Notes: generated by a model from the letters alone, not told the origin. A stretch of DNA of 64,000 nucleotides from Octopus sinensis (GCF_006345805.1 NC_042999.1:157418001-157482000); one strand, 5' to 3'; positions 25,366-39,179 are shown, numbered from the stretch's first letter. A program made the numbers and translations.

Positions 25366-25877
25366 GAAGTCTAGTTTGCGTTTGCCTCCAGGATGCCATT
25401 GCTTGATTTCTCCATGTTAGGACAATGAAATTCATCACGACCGGCGTCACCAAAGACAACATCATAATTCATCCTTGCGCATGTAACCTCACCAAGTGAA
25501 TGTGACATAACGTTCCTACAGAAACCTTCATTTACCTTATAAAATATTTAACCTATAAAGAGCTAGGATTTGCACTTACATAGCATAGAATGCTGAACAC
25601 ATTTTATGAAAATGAGACTACCAAAAAATAGTTCAAATATCTTCTTAGGGGCAAGTTTTACATGAAAAGATATTAGTTGAACTATTAGTCCTCTTGCATT
25701 CTAGGGGGTATCGAAGCGTTTGAGTGACATTAGACCCCAACAAACTCCAATAAATTAAATGCATTTATCTGGACCACGATCGTGGCACGTCACACTTTTT
25801 GTGTTAATGTTGTTTCACATTCATGTTGAATTATGCAGCAATCTTATATTCTCTTCATAGAACACTTGTAATGTATG

Positions 25878-26520
25878 TGTAGCGTATCTGATATCCTCAC
25901 TGTTTGAGAGATATATTAGAAATGATCTCGTGTTAGATAGCAACCATCTTCGACTATTTTGACCCTGTTGTGTCCACTGCTCCGATTGGTTGACATTGGC
26001 GCAGTTTGTCGCTTGACTTATTTCGCACCAGTGTGTAAGCCAACCAATCACGGCCTTCGGATAAGGTCCCATGACACAGTCTTTTGGGGGTTTCACTGGA
26101 GTCTTTAACAGGTTATAAAAGGCGCCAGAAAATCACTATTTTTCGTCTTAGGTTCCAGTCCTTCTCAGGGCTAACCTCTTACCACAGAGCAACTCAACCA
26201 TGTTCCAGAAACGCCCGTCTTTGGTTTCAGTCCTTCTCAGGACTAACCTCTGACCACAGAGCGACATCCGACAGTTCCATGTTCCAGCGACGCAGCCATG
26301 TTCCTGCTCCAGCAGCGCCGACGCCATCATCTCAACCGTCACCGTCTCCATGTACGTCGCCTTCATCTCCAGCAACACCAATACATACACAGCCACTCGC
26401 TCAGGTTTAAACTCCACACTGTTGTGATATTCACCGAGGTTAACAGCACAGCACTACCTGCGAGATCTTCTGTACCAATGTAACCTGGCACAGCATTGAA
26501 GCCACAACCTCTACACGACA
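25878..26520. mobile_element. Probable solo LTR related to 34191-34608, opposite orientation
   Basis: TGTAGCG start; extended similarity to the reverse complement of 34240-34605; right end tentative (..CACGACA, flanks tatg/tgtg). Confidence 0.55.
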
Positions 26521-26524
26521 TGTG

Positions 26525-28290
26525 TTCAACCAGCATTCTGCCTTGTGACCCCAACATCCTGTTACAGAACCACAACTATTCTGTACTTTACTACGAACTG
26601 GTAAATTAACTCCATCTTGTCTAAAATATCCTGAGAGACTCATTCTATGCTCTGTATTGTATTCTGTCTCACATACGCATACACCTTTGTTTGTACTTCT
26701 AGTAATCCCAAATTGTTCTGCATATCGCAAGACGAAAACCGCACGAGCATTTGATTTGAAAGACTAACAAAGAATCGTAATATATTCTGTCGGAAAGTCA
26801 ACAATTCATCAGGGACAATGGTTGTAGCATTTTCGTATAAAATTCTCTCAGCTACAGCGCCAAAGTAGATACAATCTAATGGGTGGTGTGTCGTTGCATC
26901 ATAGACATTAACCTCACACACATTGATGACAGAAAGTAAGTCAGGTCTGATGAAATTGCTCAAAATCCCCTTCATTTCAGCGTTGGTGACTCTTTTAAGC
27001 TTATGCATCCGATAGCCTTCGGCCTGGAATTCCAGATTAAGTTTGTTAACATTGTTTAAAATGAAAGAGAGAAATGCTAAATACATCTTTGTAAAGAGGA
27101 TTCTTCATTTCAGTGAGAATTCGTCGGGCCGTAATCGGACACCCACCTTCTAATGGTGCCTGTGTGAAATATGCCAGCAGCATTGGCCACTGCTCTAAAA
27201 TGCACTGCACAACTTGCTTGAGAGACAGCCATCTAGTGCAACTTGCATGCAGGGTTTTGTGAGGATCAATTGAAGCTATTTTCTACAGAACTTTGAATTC
27301 GTTGATACGCTTAGGACTGTGACTAAAGTATGCATGAATACTTGTCAATTCTTCGACAGAATTCAGTAATTCATTGCACGCGTTTGATGAGCATAAGCGT
27401 AAAGAATGACAAACAACAGGATTGCACAAACAGATCTGGCCTGTTCTGCTTCAACAAATGCTGAACGCTTCCTTTGTTTCCCATCATAACATTTGCATTG
27501 TCACAGGCGAAACCTATCAAATTTTCCAGAGGAATAGCATGTTCGTTTAAAAATGATAGAAGACAGTTGTATATACCCGTAGCACTGCAATCCTGTATTT
27601 CTATAAGTGTAACAAAATATCGTCGACTGTCTTTTGAATTTCAACGTCATAATATCTGGAAACCAGGACAAGTTGTTTTAGTGTTGAAACATCAGTTGTT
27701 TCATCAACAACGAGTGAGAATTTTGATGAATGAAGTTTTATATATATATATTTTTTTTTTTGACAAAGCGTTGAAGCCGTAGAGGCCAATGGCTTTAAGA
27801 AAGACGTATGCGCCCTTCGTTCGGGCACACTTTGCATCCTGGGCAATTTTAGAATCAGGACAGGCGTTTGCAACAAGGCCAGGTAAGTGATCCAAAATAG
27901 AAATTGGGAGATTATGCTCAGCAACAAATGCACAGCATCTTAATCCAACAGCAGCTGCTACTTTCTTGGAATGTGAAGAAAACGATGAGGCCTCGAAATA
28001 ATTGTCAACATTTTTTGCTTTATTTGTTTCATATGCATTCTTGCGGTGTTTTTCTGTCTGTTCATGTTGTAAAATTTGGCTCAAACAACCAGCAATTTCA
28101 CACTTGCATAACATGCATTTGCCTTTAGTTGTATCGTTCTTGCCTCGCTCCAACCAACTAGAAAATATTTCATCGCACAATTTTAGCGGAAGTTTCTTTT
28201 CATACGATGCCCATCTAGCCTTCTTATCTGATGCTTCACGTTCATTATATGAGGAATGTTCTGTTTTCAAAGTTCTATCGCTCATATCTT
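26525..28290 (-). mobile_element. hAT transposase pseudogene (Tip100/ZNF862-like)
   Basis: Zinc-finger-like CMLC..H..TEKH; FVAEHNLP..PDSKIA; FSLVVDETTDVS..KQL; LIGFACDNANVMMG; TRWLSL; YLAFLSFIL..LNLEFQ; broken by frameshifts. Possible TIRs near 24656-24674 and 28783-28802, no TSD seen. Confidence 0.88.
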
Positions 28291-29207
28291 GCTCCAGTTA
28301 TAGTTCTGTAAGATGTATTTGAATTAATCAAGTTATTAAACACATTACATACCGTTTAAAATCCGGGTTAAGAAATCTGTTTGGGTTCAGACTGCTAGAG
28401 CGGGATTGTATAAATAAGCACTGTAAAATTGAGTCTAATTTATCAAACTTTTAAAAAACACAATCACGTACCTTCAGTCTGTGAAAAAACTTCTTGTGTT
28501 ATGACAGCTATGGTGTGGTAGACAGGACGTATATACGTGCACCCCAAATTACAGACGCCCTTGACCTCATTAGTCAACGCGTGCGTGCATGCATGCTGAC
28601 CCGTTTGCGAAAGCAGACAGGACGTGCTTTTATTTTTATTAAGCTCACAGACACGTATATGTGTAAAGTCAATCAATCAATGCGTCAAAATATGAATTTT
28701 AAAAACCAATGGCAAGATCACCAAAACGTACAGCACATCAAATTTTTGGCCAAAACATACAGTTTTGTACGAACGTACAGCCATTGGCAGCGCTGTCGGT
28801 TGAGTAAAGTGTCATCCAAGCTGATGTTTATTGGTAATTAAACTTATTTTGCAACACTTGTGCATATTTATCAGCTTTGTTTTTGTTGATAAGAATTATC
28901 AACAACTTTTCCTGTGATCATGATTTGAGAAGACATACAGAAGTATGCTGAAGACTGGACATAATCTCTTATGGGCAAGAAAGGCAAAATAAAGTTTATT
29001 ATAAACAACACAAACACTTCGTAATTTAATAGCTTCCAATGTGATACATGTTGAACAGAAATTATTTTTATTTAATGAAGATTTAATAAAAGTGAAATTA
29101 TGCTAAATACAACTAAATTGAAAACCGTTTCTCCCTGTCCTTATCGGCAATTCTGAAAATCTTTAGGTGCGAATTTTACACGAGTAGAATTTTAACGATT
29201 TTTATTG

Positions 29208-29592
29208 GAGTGGCTGTGTGGTAAGTAGCTTGCTAACCAACCACATGGTTCCGGGTTCAGTCCCACTGCGTGGCATCTTGGGCAAGTGTCTTCTGCTATA
29301 TCCCTGGCCGACCAATGCCTTGTGAGTGGATTTGGTAGACGGAAACTGAAAGAAGCCTGTCGTATATATGTATAAACAACACATATGTGTTTATGTGTCT
29401 GTGTTTGTCCCCCTAGTATTGCTTGACAACCGATGCTGGTGTGTTTACGTCCCCGTTACTTAGCGGTTCGGCAAAAGAGACCGATAGAATAAGTACTGGG
29501 CTTAGAAAGAATAAGTCCTGGGGTCGATTTGCTCGACTAAAGGCGGTGCTCCAGCATGGCCTCAGTCAAATGACTGTAACAAGTAAAAGAGT
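29208..29592 (+). mobile_element. SINE family A
   Basis: Same sequence as the other copies. Confidence 0.88.
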
Positions 29593-30606
29593 AAGGTGCA
29601 CGAATTACATGGGTTTTTACGGTAATGTAAATCAAACTATGGGCAGAAACCCAGATAGCAAAACTTCCAGCCAAATCCAGCTTATTACATAAACATACAC
29701 GTATACATGTCCATATTTAATTTTCAGATTGACCCTCCCTCTATACCCATGCACCCCTGCACACCCATCAACCCAATCCTGCCTCCATCTCCAACCCTAC
29801 TCTACAGGCATTTACCTCATACACCATTATGGTACTGCTTGCATCCTATCCAAGAGATTAAACTAATAAAAAACAAAAGTTTTCCCTATGAGTCTTTGTA
29901 CAGGGTTTTGTTTTCTACTTTTTACGACAACCACATCATAAAAGTTCGCTATCCTAAGGTGATAACTCACCATAATAGACAGAGTCCTAAGTTTTTGAAA
30001 AACCTAATTCTAATAAACTTTTTCCAATTCTGAGGCCTTTTAAAGCATTCTAGAGACTCCAGAAGAAAATCCAAAGACTGTGTCATGTGACCTCATCCTA
30101 AGGCCGTGATTGGTTGGCTTACACACTGCTACTCTTATGGAAAGAGAAGAAAGCATCATCCTTGTACAGATCACCCTGCATAATCTAAGTGGATGTTTCC
30201 TCACTACAAGAATGCAGCCTCCTCCCACCAAATTGTGTGCATAGGTGAATTCATACAAGTTTTTTCTATATTAATTTGTTCAATCATAGGTGCAGGCATG
30301 GCTGCATGTGGATAAGAAGCTTGCTTCCCAACCACATGGTTCTGGGTTCAGTCCTACTGCATTGCACCTTGGACAAGTGTTTCATATTTTAGTCTAGGGC
30401 CAACCAAAAATATTGTGAGCGATTTCGTAGATGGAAACTGAAAGAAGCCCATTGTGTGGATACACACACACACATACGCACACACTAGCACACCACCAGG
30501 ATTACCATTGGATATATGGACTCTACTTTCACAGATTTCACTGGAATTTTTCGTTGATGTAAATCACTCCAATCTACTACAACTTTTAAACTTTATGAAG
30601 TCTTAT

Positions 30607-33600
30607 TCATCATCATCATCGTCGTTTAACGTCCGTTCTCCATGCTAGCATGGGTTGGACGGTTCGACCGGGGTTCTGGGAAGCCAGAAGGCTGCACCAG
30701 GCTCCAGTCTAATTTGGCAATGTTTCTACAGCTGGATGCCCTTCCTAACGCCAACCACTCCGTGAGTGTAGTGGGTGCTTTTTACGTGCCACCTGCACAG
30801 GTGCCAGGCGGGGCTGGCAACGGCCACGGTCAGATTGGTGTATTTTATGTGCCACCGGCACGGAAGCCAGTCGAGGCGGTGCTGGCATCGGCCACGAGTC
30901 GGATAGTGCTTTTTACGTACCACCAGACCAGGGATCCTGGCTGGTTCAATTCGATTTCGATTTCGCTTGCCCCAACATGTCTTCACAAGCAAAGGGGGTT
31001 GGCAAGGGTGCCTGTCGTACGGTCGCATTGGAGTATTTTACGTGCCACGGCCACGAGTCGGATAGTGCTTTTTACGTACCACCAGACCAGGGATCCTGGC
31101 TGGTTCAATTCGATTTCGATTTCGCTTGCCCCAACATGTCTTCACAAGCAAAGGGGGTTGGCATGGGTGCCTGTCGTACGGTCGCATTGGAGTATTTTAC
31201 GTGCCACGGCCCCGAGTCGGATAGTGCTTTTTACGTACCACCAGGCCAGGGATCCTGGCTGGTTCAATTCGGTTTCGATTTCGATTTCGATTTCGCTTGC
31301 CCCAACATGTCTTCGCAAGCATGGGGGGTTGGGATGGGTGTCTGTCGTCGGATGAGGTTCTATATCGACTTCGCTTGCCTCAACCGGTCTTTGTGTCCAA
31401 GGGAGGAAAGGCATTCATAAGTGGGCTGGGCTCACTTGTCCTGCCTGGTCTTCTCACGTACAGAATATTTCCAAAGGTCTCGGTCTCTGGTCATTTCCTC
31501 AGTGAGGCCTAAAGTTCGAAGGTCGTGCTTCACCACCTCGTCCCAGGTTTTCCTGGGTCTACCTCTTCCACGGGTTCCCTCAACTGCTAGGGATTGGCAC
31601 TTTCTCACACACCTATCTTCATCCATTCTCGCCACATGACCATACCAGCGCAATCGTCTCTCTTGCACACCACAACTGATGCTTCTTAGGTACAACATTT
31701 CTCTCAAGGTGCTAACGCTCTGTCGAGTATGTACACTGACATTACACATCCATCGGAGCATACTGGCTTCATTCCTCACGAGCTTACGCATGTCCTCAGC
31801 AGTCACAGCCCATGTTTCGCTGCCATGTAGCATGGCTGTTCGTACACACGCATCATACAGTCTGCCTTTTACTCTGAGCGAGAGGCCTTTAGTCACCAGC
31901 AGAGGTAAGAGCTCCCTAAACTTTGCCCAGGCTATTCTTATTCTAGCAGTTACACTTTCAGCGCACCCACCCCCACTACTGACTTGGTCACCTAGATAAC
32001 GGAAGCTATCAACTACTTCTAGTTTTTCCCCCTGGAAAGTGACGGAAGTTGTTTTCTGCAGATTTTCGGAGGTTAATGCTCCCGAGCATCTGCCACATAC
32101 AAAAACTATCTTCCCAGTTAGCCTACCTTTGACATTGCTGCACCTCTTATGTGTCCATAGCTTACACTGGGTACATCTTATAGAGTTTCTACCTACACCT
32201 TTTCTACAGATCGAGCAGGGCCATCTTCCTGAAGATATTTGTGGATTGTCTACCTTTCTACTTATTAGTACTTTGGTTTTAGCTAGGTTGACTCTAAGGC
32301 CCCTTGATTCTAAACCCTCCTTCCACACCTGGAACTTCTCCTCCAGTTCTGATAGTGACTCAGCAATAAGAGCAAGGTCGTCAGCGTAGAGGAGCTCCCA
32401 GGGACAGCCTGTCTTGAATTCCTCCGTAATTGCCTGGAGTACTATGATAAATAGGAGGGGGCTGAGTACTGAACCCTGGTGGACCCCAACCTCTACTTTG
32501 AATTCTTCTGTGTACATGTTGCCAACCCTAACCTTACTTACGGCATCTCTGTACATGGCTTGCACAGTCCTCACCAGCCATTCATCTATCCCTAGTTTCC
32601 TCATTGACCACCAGATAAGGGATCGGGGGACCCTATCAAAAGCTTTCTCCATGTCAACGAAAGCCAGGTACAGGGGCTTATCTTTGGCTAGGTATTTCTC
32701 CTGCAGCTGCCTTACCAGGAATATAGCATCAGTGGTACTTTTTCCTGGCACGAACCCAAACTGCATCTCATCTAAACTAACTCTCTCTCTAATTAGTTGG
32801 GCTATGACCCTCTCCGTAACCTTCATTACTGATCCAACAGCTTGATACCTCTGTAATTATTTGTATCTAGGGCATCACCTTTACCTTTGTAGCAGTTGAC
32901 TAGTATGCTGCTGCACCAGTCATTGGGTATGACTCCTTCGTGTATCACCTGGTTGACTATACGGGTGACTAGGTTATAGCCGACACTGCCAGATATTTTG
33001 AGCATCTCTGCAGTAATTCCTGATGGGCCTGGGGCTTTCCCTGTCTTCATGCTTCTAATTGCCTTAGCTACCACGGAACTATCAACTCGGATAGCTGGTC
33101 CCTCTGTAGGGTCAACATTCGGCAGACTCTCTTTATCCCATTCATTTTCCTCATTCAGTAACCTTTCATAGTGGCGTCTCCAAGCTTCTCTCTTTGCATC
33201 CTCATTTAGCGCAAGTGAACCATCCTCCATGCGAACACATTTCTCTCCTACCACATCACGATTCTCTCTCACACACTGTCTTGCAACACGAAATACCTCA
33301 AGTCTTTCATCCTCACGGCGCAGGACATTGGCAAATTTTTCTTATCTGCTTCCCCTCTGGCTAGATAGACCTGTCTCCTAGCTTCCCTTCTGGCAGTCTG
33401 ATACCCTTCCCTGCTACCACCGTTCTTCCAGGCCTTCCAAGCCTGTTTCTTTTGTCTAATAGCCCTGTCAACAATATTGTTCCACCACCACGTTATTTTG
33501 GGTCTTAAGGGGACTTTGCACCAGCCACAGATCTGGTCAGTGGCTTTCAGCAGGTTGTCCCTCAGAAACGTCCAGTTGTCTTCTACCCCATGTGTAGCTA

Positions 33601-33865
33601 TACCCCCTTCCACTTCGTCAAAGGCTTCAAGTAACATATCTCTAAATCTCTGTCCATTCGCAGGGGCTTTAAGCTTCCAGACCCTTCTTCTCCATGTTAG
33701 TCGTCTTCTAGTCGCCCTCTTAGTCCTGATCCTAAAGTCACTAACTACCAGTCTATGTTGTGGGGTGCATTCTTCGCCTGGGAAGGTTTTGGCATTTTTA
33801 AGCAGCCATCTTTCCCTTTTTCTGGCAAGGATGTCGATTTGGCTAGTATGCCGGCCCGATCGGTA
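30607..33865 (-). mobile_element. RTE-clade LINE, young-looking, 5'-truncated within the APE domain
   Basis: ORFs 33269-33637, 32826-33272 and 31432-32826 (464 aa, RT with LLYADDL, embedded C4HC3 finger, LRWYGHV) are separated by short frameshifts; 3'UTR ends in (GAT)n at ~30607. Confidence 0.95.
30891..31350. repeat. 159-bp tandem triplication inside the LINE 3'UTR
   Basis: Unit starts gccacgagtcggatagtgc at 30891, 31050 and 31209. Confidence 0.9.
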
Positions 33866-34190
33866 GGTCCGTACGTTATTACTTTACCTTGCTCTCTCCT
33901 TTTCTTCTTATCTTATCTTCTTTTCTCCTTTTCTTTTCCTTTTTACTTCTCTCCATGACTTTTGAACTTTCACACTCCGTATGTTATTTCGTTGCCTTTC
34001 TCTCTCTTCTTTTTTCTTTTTGTTCCTTTTTTCCAGCACACCTCATTACAAATCCAGCATGCCTAATTACAAATCCCGCTACCTTCCACTGCCTAAAGAA
34101 ACACCTTTCCACACTTCCTTTCTGCTGCTTTCAACTTTCTATTAATCTTTCCCTACTAATTTTCCAAAAAAACATGCTTCTGTAGTCATG

Positions 34191-34608
34191 TGTAGTGACG
34201 CTACTGTGTAAGTTTCAGCGCGCATAAAGTCCTGAGTTGTTGCATGTTGGTGTCGCAGCTGGCTGTAGCAGGAACATAGCTGGGTCGCTGGAACTGGCGT
34301 CATCTCGGGAACTGGCTGATCTGGCGTGGTCAATGGTCAGAGACCAAAAACCCGGGATGGTAAATTCTGAGGCCTTTTAAAGCATTCTAGAGGCTCCAGA
34401 AGAAAATCCAAAGACTGTGTCATGTGACCTTATCCTAAGGCCGTGATTGGTTGGCTTACACACTGGCGCGAAATAAGACTGCACCAAAACCAACCAATCA
34501 GAGTAGCGGACACAACTGAGCCTAAGCAGCCGAAAGATGATTGCTATCTAACACGACATCATTTCTAATGTATCTCTCAAACTGAGAAGATCACCAAGCT
34601 ACACTACA
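34191..34608. mobile_element. Solo LTR (Gypsy-like)
   Basis: TGTAGTG...CACTACA termini with a 4-bp TSD CATG (34187-34190, 34609-34612). Confidence 0.75.
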
Positions 34609-34611
34609 CAT

Positions 34612-37600
34612 GTTTCCTTTCTCAGTCACTGCTTTCACCACCACCTCATCCCCAAAGGTTTCCACCTCCATTTCCACCCCACTTTCCATTCTGCTTCTGC
34701 CATCCTACCCATACTCTGTACTACTTCCTATCGCGTTATGCATGCCACCATTCATTCTAATCTCTCCAAAATACACATCCTCAACCGCCTTCTCCCTCTC
34801 GTTTATTCCACCTTTTTCTCCAGCTTTCTACCATCCGTTGCACATTTCACTCTTCATACTCCATTTCAATAATCTTTTCCACGAGTTCCTTGCCTGCACT
34901 AAACACAAACTCCACTCACCCCTTCATTCTGTCCCACCCGATGCTACTACACCCAGCCTCTTCCATTCCTTCCCCCTTCATCTTCACTGCCACCCTTCCA
35001 TTACTCCTACTCCCCATGCACTTCCTCCTCTCTCTCCTCCCAGCCTTCCACTGCCTCTACTACTCCTCCCACAGATAACTCTTCCACATCCACCCCACTT
35101 CAGTCTGTTGTTACCATTCCTTGTTATCTTCTCCTCTCTGAGATGGAGCACTCTCTTCTTACTAGGGTTCTGAGCTTCATCCTCATCCCTCCATCCAGTA
35201 ACGAATTTCAGATCCGTGCTGATATTCATAGCTTTGTGCGCCGTGTCAGGCTACATGCACTATTCCACAACACTCCACCTGCATCTAATGAAGAGGACTG
35301 CTTCACCGACCTGGGCCACCGACCATCCCACTGGACGCCAGCTCAATCATTTTGCAAGTATCTGCCAATGTGTTGTGGACTGGTTCAACTTTTGCAGGTG
35401 TCCCCAACATCTTCCCGGCCGAACTCTCAGGCCTCCGATGTCTTCGACGCCGCAAAGACATTATCATAAAATCGACCAACAAGGGTGGAGCCGTGGTGGT
35501 CTGGCACACAGACCTCTACAAGGCTGAAGCTCTCTATCAACTTCAAGACACCTCCTTCTATTGCCTTCTACCCTCCAACCCCATGCCTAACTACCAACAG
35601 ACTGTGTCCTCCGCTATCTATGACCTCATTTCCCTCCAACCTCATTGTCCGCACTCCAAGCACCCCTACAATTTACTTCCTTCCTAAAATCCACAAGCCC
35701 AACAACCCTGGCCACCCCATCGTTTCCACCTGCAACTACCCCACGGAATTGATCACTAAGTACTTCGACCGTGAAGTTGCCCCTCTAGTGGCTTCCCTCC
35801 CTTCCCACATCCACGACACTAACCATGCTCTCTATTTCTTTAACTCTTTCTCCTTTCCTCCTGGTCCCTCTAAACTTCTCTTCACTATCGATATCAAGAG
35901 TTTATATAGTGATCCCACACAACGAAGAACTTCTTGCATTGAAACACTTTCTGGACTTTTGACCCAACCCCCAACTTGACACCTCCACACTTCTTTGTCT
36001 GGCCGAAATTGTTCTCTCCCTCAACTGCTTCTCGTTCACGGGAGATTTTTTACCAACAGGTCTTGGGAGTGGCCATGGGAACGAGAACGGGCCCAATTAT
36101 ACGAACCTGTTCATTCGCTACGTTGAGGTCCAAATATTCTCACAATTCGTTATATTGATGACTGTATCAGTGCGACCTCATACTCCCGTGAACAACTAGA
36201 TTCCTTCCATCCTGCCCTCGAATTCTCCTTCACTATTTCTAACTCTTCTGTGGCATTTCTGTTAGTATACACTGCTCCGCTCTCACTACCTCCATCCACT
36301 ACAAACATACCGACTTAGACTCATACCTCAACTTCTCCTCTTCCCACCCAAACCACACCAAGCTCTCCATCCCCTACTCCCAATTCTTCCGTCTGCACAG
36401 GCTGTGAAGTGATGACCATGACTGAAACTCAGTCTTAACTCATAGCTCACCACTTCATCCTTCATGGATATCCCCTCACCACTATTCACACTGCCCTCGC
36501 CAGAGCACACTCCGTGGACTGTGCCTCTGCTCTCTCTCACTGCACCTGCCCCACCATTGCCCGTCTCCCTTCACCTACCACCCTTCCACTCTGCCCCTCC
36601 AATGCACCAATCTCCGAGTCTTCCAGCAACTCCAGTCCGACCCTACACCTCGCACGTCTTCCCCAACCTACCCCTTCCCTCCTTCAAACGAGCCCACAGC
36701 CAGCGTAACCTCCTGGTCGACAGTTTCTTCCTTAACCCAACCTGGTTAGTTTCCCTACTCCCATCCATGTTGCAGTACTTGCCCCTACTTTTCCAACACC
36801 ACCCTCCTCACAGGCACCTATCATCCTCCCTATCATATTACAAACTCCCTTACCTGCACTTCCAGTAATATCATTTACTGCAGCTCCTGCTCTTCCCTGT
36901 GCATCAATTAAACGGGAAGCCACTTAGATGACCGGTTCGCAGAGCACTTCTGGGACGTCCAACTTGACAATGACACCCTGGTCTCGTGCCATTTCCGCTC
37001 TACCGGTCATCCACTACAACATCTGTCTGTGTTCGGATTGTCTTTGCACAGAGGCCATCCGGACTCCCACCTTCGCTGTGAACAATAATTAATTTTCTCT
37101 CTTTGCACCACACGGGTTCAACTCCCCTCCTCTCTTCATCTAACATCCACTTCCTCTCTTCCTTCATACCCCACCCTACCCTAACCCTAACCTCACACAC
37201 ACTAGCACTGACCACTTCCCAGCACCCACACCACACGATCTTGAATAACGTCACTACGCATACTACATATGGGCACCCACGTTACAGACGCACATACTTG
37301 CACACATCCAGACTTGACAAAGTCACTAGCCCCTATTCAAACACACAATACATGCACACCTTCACTTGGGGTCACCATCACTTTATTAGCTCCCTTTCTT
37401 CCAACCTCTTCTTTCAAACTCCCTTTCTAATCAGTCGCCATGCCTGATTGCCAAATCTACAGGATTTTCATTCTCTCTCTGTTTTTTCTCTTATTCCTTT
37501 CTGTTGAAGAGTATAGGCTCAAAACATAAAAGACTTTTTCATTTTTCATTTTCCTGAGCATCAAACTAATACACCTGCTTGTTGTTCATACACCTATCTC

Positions 37601-38030
37601 TTACTTGTTTCAGTCATTTGACTATGGCCATGCTGGAGCACCACCTTTTAGTCAAGCAAATCGACCCCAGGACTTATTCTTTGGAAGCCTAATACTTATT
37701 CTATCGGTCTCTTTTGCCGAACCGCTAAGTGACAGGGACGTAAACACACCAGCATCGGTTGTCAAGCAATGCTAGGGGGACAAACACAGACACACAAACA
37801 TATACACATATATATATATATATTCATATATACGACGGGCTTCTTTCAGTTTCCGTCTACCAAATCCACTCACAAGGCTTTGGTTGGCCCGAGGCTATAG
37901 TAGAAGACACTTGCCCAAGGTGCCACGCAGTGGGACTGAACCCGGAACCATGTGGTTGGTAAGCAAGCTACTTACCACACAGCCACTCCTACACCTATCT
38001 TCATCTTTTGTTTTTAAATAAATTTCAATA
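34612..38030 (+). mobile_element. Penelope-like retroelement, degenerate (RT + GIY-YIG)
   Basis: Fragments DIIIKSTNKGGAVVV, IYFLPKIHKPNNPGHPIVS, FTIDIKSLY, YQQVLGVAMGT, YIDD, then SSNIIYC..DRFAEH; many frameshifts; probably starts near 33870, upstream of the LTR insertion. Confidence 0.88.
37600..37992 (-). mobile_element. SINE family A inserted in the PLE 3' region
   Basis: Full copy flanked by duplicated acacctatct. Confidence 0.88.
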
Positions 38031-38289
38031 TATATATATGGATCAAAACAGTTTGATTCAAACTTCTTGGAACTTGAGTTTCAAGCGCGTCACAAGTCTT
38101 CAGCCATTGAGTTCAAACAAATAAGAGTTTGAGTGAAAAGAGTCAATGTTTATTACTGGATGTGAGCCTGCGATTCGTCAAGGTCATGCAGGGTCACAGT
38201 TTGATGTTAGTATTTCAGCGACAACTATTGGGAAAATAGTGCATGATGAACAGGAAATCGACCGTGTGGTGGACATTTGCATGGTTGGG

Positions 38290-38600
38290 GGAAGTAAGAA
38301 AAGGTGGTATATGTGGGAGTATATATGTATGTGTACATGTATATGCCCATATATCTGTGTTTGTATCCGTACTTAAACGAGTATGTGGGCCTAGATGTAC
38401 ATTCACATATCCATGTGCACATACTCACACATGCACACACATGCGTGAACACTTTTTCTGTGTATATCTGCATACAAGCACATGCACACAGAAGTGTGCT
38501 TGTGCATGAACACGCACAGCTGCACATCCATGTGTATGTGTACGGTGAGTAAATGCATATGCATACATGTGCACGTGCATATATACCCATGTGGTTATGT
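38290..38600. repeat. Low-complexity alternating purine-pyrimidine tract
   Basis: Degenerate (TG/CA/TA)n. Confidence 0.7.
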
Positions 38601-39179
38601 ACAAGGGGTCAGAGTATGCAGGTAGACAGGCAAGAAGTGTTGGGGATTGATGATTTGCGATGCTGTTCATAGGGTTAGTTTATGGCAGTGACATTACCAT
38701 ACTTGCTTAGGAGTATACCTCAAAGGAAAATCTAGTTGACACGACTCATGGAGAAGACCAACAAACAAATGTGCTGGAGAGCTTTCTTCTATGTTGTCTC
38801 TGTAATCTGTTTTTACACAAACCAACACATCTTAAACATCTATGAGTTTGTCATTATACGCATCAAAATTTATTTCACAGATTACATCATAGAATTTCCA
38901 ACTATCCATTATCATTCCACAATATGTACAAGAAAAATGTTTTGTGAGATGCAGGAATAATGATGCAGGACCACTTAGAATCTTATTCTGTAGATGAGAA
39001 TCCTCAAAAAGATGTGTAAGATCTAATTAATAGCAATAACTCAAATATAAATAAGCATTTCTGGAAATTACAAAAACATACAGATCATCAAGTCGATATA
39101 GCAAAGTTAATCTAACCCAAAATTCAAATTGTGAAGCATCTTACTAATTCAGAGTTTTGGTGCTATTTTAATATCCGCC

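Larger units (their letters stand above)
24483..29622. mobile_element. Tc1/mariner-superfamily (pogo-like) non-autonomous shell enclosing nested elements
   Basis: TA|CCATAAAACCCCATGTAATTTACGCCCTT at left is an imperfect inverted repeat of AAGGTGCACGAATTACATGGGTTTTTACGG|TA at right; related subterminal motifs at ~24517 and ~29166. Confidence 0.6.

Noticed and set aside
31432-32826. 464-aa RT ORF as an active autonomous LINE or domesticated gene
   Set aside because: The element is 5'-truncated inside the endonuclease and has upstream frameshifts.
34610-35173. Pro/Leu/Ser-rich 187-aa ORF
   Set aside because: Pyrimidine-biased degenerate 5' region of the Penelope element.
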